Translations under genes and position numbers: made by a program
Origin: Psammoneis japonica
Lineage: Eukaryota
Reading direction: 5' to 3'
Length of the DNA stretch: 44,536 nucleotides
Assembly (NCBI GenBank): GCA_008632985.1
Contig: QPGO01000227.1
Span: 62,001-106,536 of the forward strand
Notes under the pieces: model-generated
The model's database searches: none
Told to the model about the DNA's origin: nothing
What the model saw: the letters and a program-made list of their open reading frames with translations, nothing else
Shown: piece after piece, positions 36,060 to 44,536 of the stretch
Numbering within the stretch: position 1 is the stretch's first letter
Layout of the letters: each line of letters opens with the position of its first letter

Positions 36060-37585
36060 ATGCTGAGGATCAAAAAGGACGTTGTGAAGGAAGGAGCATC
36101 CTGGTTCAATTGTCTTGGATTGCTGTTGGTGATTCCTCGGCACTCGATTTCTGCTGGGATGTCAAGCTTCATGTCTAAGACCACAGATGAAGAAAAAGAC
36201 ACGCCAGTGTCGAAATGGGAAAAGGTGCACTGTGAGGGAGAGCAAGTCAACCGAAAAACAATTGTGCACGTTGTTTCATCTCGCAACTTGAAACTTGCAG
36301 CCCCGCTCACAAAATGGCTTGCACTCAAGCATGTGAAGACAACGAGAAGCAGAACAAGCGCAGCCAAGGCTCTTCCCAAAAGTGAAGCTCGGGTGACTGC
36401 ATTTGATCTGGACAGCGCCACATGGAAAATGACGCCAACCATTGCGGCAGCTGACGATGCGCTCACTGAGTTTTTGGATCAACCCAACATTCATCAACCC
36501 ATTCGAGTCAAAAAAGTCATGGGTGAATTGTTTCAAGCGCAAAAACCATGACACTGTTGTTGATGGAACAAGATTCAAAAAAGAAGGATGCGCTGCCAGA
36601 TGAACCCAAGGCACTGGTTCTTTTGACCCTTTTGCGACAGGATGCAACTCAGCACATTTTAGAAGAGCACAATGACTTCTCAGAGGAGGAATCCATGTTG
36701 CTTGCGGATGAGGCCTTTCATGTCTGGACAAGAGCGCGGCACGATGTGATCCCCTCTTTTTGGCCTCAAACGCCAAAGAGTGTTTGGAGAAACTCAAGAG
36801 CAGTGCAGCCAGATCATCAGGCAATCCAGTCTTGATTGGAGCCATCACTGATGGCAACTCGTCTCCTCAGACAGTCAAAGGATTGGGAGAGCATTTTGAT
36901 TTTTGCATCAATGCCAAAAGCGTGGGTGCAGCCAAGCCTGACAACCGTGTCTGTGCAAAGGCCATGCGGACGGTTGGTCAACATCCTCATGCGCAAGATT
37001 TGTTTGGATCGCTCTTGCAAGAAAACAAACTGACACCGGAAGCACTGCAGGAAATGGTTGGACCGTGGTGGGTGCATGTTGGTGATGACTTTGCCGATGA
37101 TGTTGTGGCTGCAAAAGGCTTGAACACGAGAAGTGTTTGGTCGAGGGAACTCATCAATGTTCCAAAAGCAACAGAAGCCAATGACAAGGACAAGCAGAGA
37201 ATTTTGTCAAGGAGATGTCAGAAATGAAGGAAATGAAAATGGGCGCTGGGCTGGGTGACCATTTGGAGGACGCGATGTGTCATGAATTTGCCGATGCCAT
37301 TGTAGATTGGTTTGAAGAAGTGAGCAAATTGCTGCTGGCATCAAGAAGGCTTGAATTCCCTGCAAGAATCTACAATGGTGGAAGCTGCCCTGGCTCAAGA
37401 GAGTGACAAAGAGTCATCTCTCGAAAAGGAAACGCCAATGAGTGGCGTGCTTGAAGTGATCAAACCAGCAGCAAGAAATGAGCCAGCAGAAGAAGCTGAA
37501 GTTTTGTGTGCATTGCGGAACCAAGCCACCAGTTGACACAAAGTTTTGTCTTTCCTGCGGTGAAAAACAACCTCAAGCAGACTGA
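36060..37585 (+). pseudogene. Hypermutated, frameshifted HAD-like hydrolase with C-terminal double zinc ribbon
   Basis: 'AFDLDS', 'GAITDGN', 'AKPD', 'HVGDDFADDVVAAK'; C-terminal 'KFCVHCGTK..VDTKFCLSCGEKQ'; nearly TpA-free. Confidence 0.8.
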
Positions 37586-38153
37586 CAAGCACATGATTGG
37601 GGGGGGGACTGTGCAGCCAGCGTTCAGATGGGTGGTGTTGTCGCAATGTGCAGTGCGTGGCTTTCGCCAGCAGGGCAATCCTTTGTGCAGTGGCGACACT
37701 CATTTCTTCTCGTCCCGCTCATTGTCAGCTGCAAACCACGCATGCGGTCAAGCTAAATCAAGTCTGCGAACAGTTGTCGGAGTTCGAAATCAAGTTCAAA
37801 CAACAGCAGGAGAATGCAACCGCGAGGTCAGTGTTGACTCTCTAGCTAGAGAAGAGCACTGCTTGTGCCACTTATCCTAAACACTAAACCTTGTGCTGCA
37901 CATTGCATTACGTTGTGTCCCATGCTTCTATCTGCGAAAATGCTTGTTACGCCATCGTAGAGTTGGAAGGAGCTCTATGACCACCCTCAACCCGAGGGCA
38001 AATTTAGAGGACGAAAACAAATGCGTCTGAAGTGAAACTAAGCATATAATGGCTTTAGTTGGGCTAGAGTTAGGCATGTGAAACCTCCAGATCAGGCAAG
38101 ATACAATATACCGGTACTTTTCAAACACGATAGCTACAATAGAGAAAATGTGC

Positions 38154-39119
38154 TTAGAACGAATCCATGCTCACTGGCTCATTGGGGGAGTTGACAACCG
38201 AACATCCCTTCCTTGGTGCTTCCTTTTTCCAAAAGGCCTCTGGCAATTTCGGGGCATGTTTCTCTTTCAACTCGTCGGGACACCAGCTATCAAAGTCTGC
38301 CAACGACACGCCTTGGGGTTGTGCAGAACAGTACGGGCGCGAACCTGGCTTTGCGAGATATTGCTGGTGATAAGGTTCGGCAAAGTACCACAATCCACCG
38401 TACTTGTCATAGTCACTAGCGGCGGCAACCTCGGTTGTGATGGGTCGTCCTAGTTGCTTTTCGTAAGCGTCCTTGCTAGCTTCGATCAGTGCCTTTTGCT
38501 CGTCATCAAAGTAGTAGAATCCGGAACGATACTGGGTACCTCGGTCGTTGCCCTGGCCCATACCACTGGTTGGATCGTGGGCTTCCCAGAACCACCGCAA
38601 AATGTCAACAAAACTAATTTCTTCAGGGTTGTAAACGACACGAACGCCCTCTGTGTGTCCCGTCATGCCGCTGCAGGCTTCTTCATAGGTCGGATTGGGT
38701 GTAAAACCGGCACAGTAACCCACGGCAGTCGAATGAATTCCGTATGGGAAACGCCAGATTCCCTTTTCGCTTCCCCAAAAACAACCATTGGCAAACACGG
38801 CAACCTTGTATCCCTCGGGGACCTCCTCGAGTTTGTTTCCCAACACGTAGTGGCGCAAGCCTTCGATATTGGGCATTTTCGTGTCACGACCCGGAAGAGC
38901 CTTTTCAGGAGCAATAAGTTGTGACTTGTCGGGACCACCCAACAAATCAAGAATAGAGCCAATCATTTTTAAACCCCGATTCTGCGATGCTACAGGCGGC
39001 TTGTTTGCGCTGAAACCGGAGCTCACAATTTGCTTCCCCGCAGACGACGGAACGACAAAGGACGAGGTCAGTGAAGGACTCAAAAGACTTGTAGCTAGAA
39101 CGAAACGACGCAGAGACAT
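38154..39119 (-). CDS. msrA: Peptide methionine sulfoxide reductase A with signal/transit-like N-terminus
   Basis: GCFWG, NPTYEEAC, GHTE, HDPT, GNDRGTQYRS, AEPYHQQYL motifs. Confidence 0.95.
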   Translation of the reverse strand: MSLRRFVLATSLLSPSLTSSFVVPSSAGKQIVSSGFSANKPPVASQNRGLKMIGSILDLLGGPDKSQLIAPEKALPGRDTKMPNIEGLRHYVLGNKLEEVPEGYKVAVFANGCFWGSEKGIWRFPYGIHSTAVGYCAGFTPNPTYEEACSGMTGHTEGVRVVYNPEEISFVDILRWFWEAHDPTSGMGQGNDRGTQYRSGFYYFDDEQKALIEASKDAYEKQLGRPITTEVAAASDYDKYGGLWYFAEPYHQQYLAKPGSRPYCSAQPQGVSLADFDSWCPDELKEKHAPKLPEAFWKKEAPRKGCSVVNSPNEPVSMDSF

Positions 39120-39437
39120 GGTGGTAAACTAAATCTACCACTGGACAGAGTGTTGCAAATATGAGATGAAGCCAGTAACGAGCGTCAACACCAACGACAT
39201 CGCAGCAAATACAGTATCTTGCGGATTGAAATCGAAAACTCGCACCGTGGTCGTGTGTGACGTGGTCTTCTACTATGTCAGTCACGAATTGTGAGTCAGT
39301 CACGACAGGACTACTTGAGGGCAAGTCCCCAAGTCCCAAAGCAAGGAGCATTCATTTTGTTTTACAACGAATAAAACTTATAAAAAGTTATATAACCTTA
39401 CGACATTTATTTCAACATACACATTTTGTTGTCTTTT

Positions 39438-39439
<2 letters not shown>

Positions 39440-39513
<74 letters not shown>
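39440..39513. repeat. Poly(T) tract (~74 nt, one interruption) followed by two ~55-bp imperfect direct repeats
   Basis: Homopolymer; 'ttgggaaa...ttgccggcgctcccaaaaa' at ~39535-39587 and ~39618-39673. Confidence 0.85.
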
Positions 39514-40211
39514 CTTATTTTGTGCTTTGTCTACTTGGGAAAATACGAGAAAATACATGGTTTAGGCTTTGCCGGCGCTCCCAAAAAGAATTAATTTTAA
39601 TTAGAGATTTTCTACGATTGGGAAAGCAAGTACGGGAAAATGCGTCGACTTGGCATTGCCGGCGCTCCCAAAAATGAGTACCAGAGATCGTGTAAAAAGC
39701 TACGCTGGTGTCATGCAGAAATTAATGTTAGTAATAAAAATTAATATTATATAATATTTTCATTATGTAATTATATTCGCAGACCGTTATTTTCCCTGCG
39801 CGAGCGCGATTTCTCAAAATTCCAAATTCAAAGAAAAACCTCACATGATCATGGAGGAGTGACGACTCCTCACTCCTCGTCGGTTTCTGACCAAAATAGT
39901 CAAACATGCCTTTCCTCAGTTAGAACTTTTATAGAACAATGATGAATAGGGAGATGAATAAGTAGAAGCAGCTTTTATCTAGCCATCACAGCCAACCAAT
40001 GATGAATCCACCGACGTCGCTCCGGTGTCTCGAACTCTTTCTGCTCTTTTGGCGGTGAGAAACGCCCTTGGTGTTTCAAGTAACACGATGGGAAGGTGTT
40101 GAATACAAACACTTCAACTCTGTATGGTGTGACCCATGCTTTTCGCGAATAGGGCCTCATCATCCGAGTCTTATCCGCTGCACTATCAGCGTGGCTTACA
40201 ACACTACCGCT

Positions 40212-43200
40212 TCACTGCCCAGTTGTTGGGCTCGGGATGCTATGAAACTTGATGAGTTTCTCGAATTCCGTGTAGTCGAATGCAGCCAGCAATGCTTCTG
40301 GTATTACATCGAAAAAACCCAATACAAACTCTGTCAGCTGGGATTTTACACGATCAAGGAGGCAATGCCTCAGATTTGCTTCCACATAGAGGTCAAAATT
40401 GTGGTTGGTGAGCGCCGTGCTTCTGCCTCCTGCGATCAACTCCTCTTCCTTTAACTTTCCCATGAGCTGACTGGAGGTTGTAAAGTTCAGACCAAGCACT
40501 GAAACGTCTTCGCCACTTCTAATCCAGGAATCTAGTTGATCGAGATTACGATACTGCTCTTCCCCAATGTTGCGAATGTCGCGAAAGTACAACGGCCATC
40601 CAACCAGAAGTTTTAGTATGTACATGTCGAGAGGAGCAGTCAAGATTTGTCGTCCCTCCAAAAGCGCTTTCCCCAAAATACGCCCGCCGAATCGAAAGTA
40701 TTGCAAATGATCTTCGCAGCAATAGCCTATGATAATAGAGAGGACCAACAAAAGGAACGTATTAGGTTGAGTTTGAATCTCCGGGGGTGACAATAGTAGA
40801 CGAGTGTTTACGTACCACTTGCAGGATGAATCTGCATTCGTAGTTCATTCTCCACATGGCTATACTGCCATAATCCTAGGTCGGGGTCAAAGAGCTTTCT
40901 CAATACATGTTGATACCATTGGTTTTCCTCAGAAAAGTTCATGTTGTGTTCCCGGAGATAGCCCAACTGCCAACGCTTTCGCATATCGAGGCGGGATAGC
41001 TGCATCACGTACCTGACGGAATCCTGAAACATGTACTCTCCGCGAGGTATTGTAATGCGCATGAAACCTTCGGTTACAGGTACACGGAGATGTTGAGCAC
41101 ATACATTGCGAAACCATTCCACCTTGGCGTCCAACGTGGGCATTCTGGCGGCTTGAGCAATCTCGTGTGAAGTAACAAGCGTTACCCCGTCCGGTGACTT
41201 GACGCTTGCCTCCATGACAGCTGCACCCACGGGCACCATTGACAATTCACCCCCACGATGCCCATCCACAACATGTTTGAATTCCAACTTTCTACCGAAT
41301 GCGGAGGTTCTCAGATCGAAACCCCAGCTTCCGAAATCTTGCTGATTCGTTTTATTCCAGAAAAACCGATCATCGACAAGGATTCGCACGTACTCATGCG
41401 TTGAGCGATAATGAATCGTGGTAAGGCTCTCTGATGATTCGGCTTCAGCTTCCTCCAGTATCCCCACAGCGGTAGAACTTGCCTGCCCATTGTCGCCAGA
41501 ATACGAGTGAACGGTTTCTCCGTGGCCAAAGTCGTTCCATTGATTATTTGAACTAGCCATTCCTGATTGTCCATTACGATTGTCGCTCCTTTCACTAATT
41601 GAACGGGTCATTTTAGGTCGTCGACTTGGTGCGTTTGCTCCCTGCATGCTGATGCGATACATGAGCTCTTCGCCAGCATGTATCCCCGGAGGGCACTTTA
41701 GTACAAGCTTTATACCGTTTCTGCTAATGGCGAAATGGTGCCCGGGCTTGACCCCTTCAGGTATGACAACTGGGAATGTTTCGTACTCATCATCGCTATC
41801 ACTTTGTTCGTCGTGTAGCTGCCGGCTACTAGGTTCGTTGCCTCCATTGGACGACGATGGTGGATTTGGAAAGATCTTGACTGGTGCACCCGGACGTCCA
41901 TGAGCAGGACAAGTTATTGCCATGATTTTTCCTTGGATCTTGACATGAAACTGCTGTCCCGGTGACACCCCTCGTGGTACAGTGACAATATAACCAAGCC
42001 CACCAATCTTGCAAACCTTGGCTTCCTCCATTGGAGTGGCTGTTAGCTTTTGCTCTTCAATGTCTGTATTGAGAAAAATGGGGCATTTTCGTCCAGGCTC
42101 CCCGTGCTCTGGGCACTTGACTTTGTGATCTGTCCCTTGATTAATGCCTCAAACGTATCACCAGGAGATACATTCTCCGGTATCGTTACATAGACAGGAC
42201 CAACAGGTTGGGTTCGAGCAGTGTCTCGACTCAGAGAATTCCGGGATTGTATCGAACTTTCACTCTTGTAGCGAGGCAGTTTTGCAAACGGTAAATTTCG
42301 TCGTCTTGAACTAGTGCTAGAAGCTTCTTGGTTGTGTTTGGCAGGTAATGATGCAACGTTGCTGTTGTTCGCAGGCTCATTGGTATCTGTGACATCAAAA
42401 CTTCTTGCAATCCCCGGGTGCTGGTTGTCTAATTGCTCCAGCAAATAGCATATTCGTTTACACATCTTTTTCATGGACGAGTCCGCCATGGCCCATTCCA
42501 TAACTTGCTCTTCTAGCACTTGCTTTTTGATCAAAAAGTGTGTCACCATGCACTGTTGAAATTCACGGTAAATGTTTCGTTCCGGCACCACGAGATACTC
42601 GAGTACATTTAAATACAGACTTGACACGTTTGTTTGCGCAACGACTTGTTGTACATGAGCTCTTGCGTTCACCTTGTCTTGTACCACGCTGACCTTCGTA
42701 GCCCGGTTCGTTGTAATATGGGTCCGGTACCAAAATGAGTGACTGAATAGAAATCAAAACTTGCAGCAAGGTAGACGTCCCCGGGATCCACGACGGTCCG
42801 CTCCACGTTCCCAGCAAACTCAGACACACCTTGCCATTGGCATATAGATTTGGATTGAATCGTATCTTGCCATTTCCTGTGGATAAAAATTTCACTTTTG
42901 GCGGCACGTGCGGATACGAGGGTGGCAAGAACACGTCAAACATAAAGGCGCCATGAGCATACGGTGTGTTGTCTGGGCCCAAAATCATGACACGAATCTG
43001 CGACAGTTGCTGTTCCACGGCACGAACAAATATACTGCTACCGTATTCGACGGGAAGAGTGGATTTGTAGGCGGCCAATTCCTTGAACCATTGACGTGTC
43101 GATGCGTTTTGATTTGGAGCCACGTGGTCTTCAAAAGCATGGTGTTGCAGCGTTTCCACTAAATCAAAGCTCAACGGTTCCAGTTCATTCTTGTAATATT

Positions 43201-43774
43201 CTTCAATACCATGTTCTTGTTTCACCGAAGAAGCCTGACTACTAAACGAATGCGATCCCTTGTAGGGCTGCAATTGTTCCACGGTACGCTGAACCTTATC
43301 TTTGAGTTGCACAATTTGGCTTGTCAAGAGCAAATCATTCATTTGGCTATTCCCCGACCTCGACAAGACGTATTCCGCGTCTTGACAAAACTTGATTAGA
43401 ATGGAATACAAGGAATCGGATTTCCGTGATGATCCAAAGAGAGTTGTCAATTGCACATCCATGGCGAGCGTGTCGCATACATCGCATGCTGTTTTCAGCA
43501 ACTCTCGTTCTGTGCTGGACATGTCGGTAGTGACATTGAAACTGAGAAATATCTCCTTGAGTTTATGAACGAGTTCTGCCTTGTCAGGAGAGTCCATGAA
43601 TCGAACAAGCAAGAGAGCATCTTGATTGACGTGTTGTAGAGTTTGGTGCATTTCCTGGAGATAATTGCATGTTTCTTGTGCGCGCAAAGCTTGTCGTTGC
43701 TGCGCAAGCCGCTGTCCTTGAACCAAGTTGTTGTAATCGGTTGCCTCTCCACCAAATCCAGTTCCGGCATTCAT
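40212..43774 (-). pseudogene. Frameshifted fusion: BIRC6/UBE2Z-like UBC (E2) domain + three VPxGVxPG repeats + HECT N-lobe
   Basis: UBC 'FNPNLYANGKVCLSLLGTWSG'; frames join by small shifts at ~42660, ~42610 and ~42122; GT-AG intron 40727-40815; HECT 'YFRFGGRILGKAL', 'FVLGFFDVIP'. Confidence 0.75.
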
Positions 43775-43995
43775 GGTTCTAACGATAATACGAATAGTTT
43801 TTTGTGGGAGCCGTAATGCTTCGTCATGGTAGGTCACGTTTTGGCCGGTTGTCACTCACAAAACGTGACTCCAACTCGCGGCAGAAGAAGCAACGCCATC
43901 TGCAACCTGCAACACCACACTAAAAATTTCGAAATTTTGGAGGCAATAGTGACGTCATTCGATCAATGGCACACGCACAGCATATCATACGTACG

Positions 43996-44536
43996 TGCAC
44001 ACATCAAGCATGTGGATTGCCTGCCTGGTGCCAGGCAACAAGTTCCAAAAGAGGTGTTGGGGGCATGAAGCCCCAGTGCTCTGCCACCAGCTTTTCTTGA
44101 GGTCCAAGTTGAGTGTGAAATTGGCTGGTGCAACGCACTGCACAAAACTGCGGAGCTCAGTGCCACTTTTCAGTGTGCGCGCAAGATGACAACAAAAATG
44201 AAGCAAGGCTGAGCTCTTCCCAGTCAGCTTCAGCAAATTGCACCCAGGAACAATCCACGCACAAGTGTGCCGCAAGTTGTTGCAGTGATGTTGAGTGCAT
44301 TGTTTTGGAAAACTTCCATTGTGTAAAAATGCACAGTGTGCAACTTGCGCCAGCCAAGTGCGTTGTTTTGGAAAACCCATCTTCTCGTGAAGTGCACAGC
44401 ACACAGTTTGCACCAGAAAAATGGAGCGAGCATCAGAGCTTCTTGTGGGTGCGTTCCATGGCATTCTCATCTCAGTTTGGTTTTGCCATGGGATTCTCTA
44501 AAATTCCCTGGGATTGCCACCTTTTGCTGTGATTTT
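43996..44536. other. TpA-depleted tract, probably a mutated repeat continuing beyond the window
   Basis: Abrupt loss of TA after 'catatcatacgtacg'; open in several frames; no recognisable protein. Confidence 0.55.

Overview
Eukaryotic nuclear DNA, most consistent with a pennate diatom: CoDi-type Copia, bipartite signal/transit peptides, silaffin-like KxxK genes and short GT-AG introns. Ordinary host genes are an SDR, a coiled-coil protein, EamA, an HSF factor, an MFS transporter and MsrA. They are interleaved with a Copia relic, a full-length Ty3/Gypsy element (432-bp LTRs, 4-bp TSD) carrying two nested TIR elements, three copies of a ~390-bp MITE and several pseudogenes. Two things stand out. 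(1) Repeats and some gene copies have lost nearly all TpA dinucleotides through TpA->TpG/CpA (A:T->G:C) changes on both strands. This is visible in LTR-vs-LTR, TIR-vs-TIR and MITE-vs-MITE comparisons and as Tyr->Cys/His in conserved motifs, and looks like a 'reverse-RIP' repeat hypermutation acting in tracts. (2) A nuclear signal-peptide protein carries a complete plastid-type ATP synthase c subunit (AtpH) bracketed by RRRM and RRL putative cleavage motifs. Also present are a frameshifted UBC(E2)-HECT fusion and tandem silaffin-like genes.
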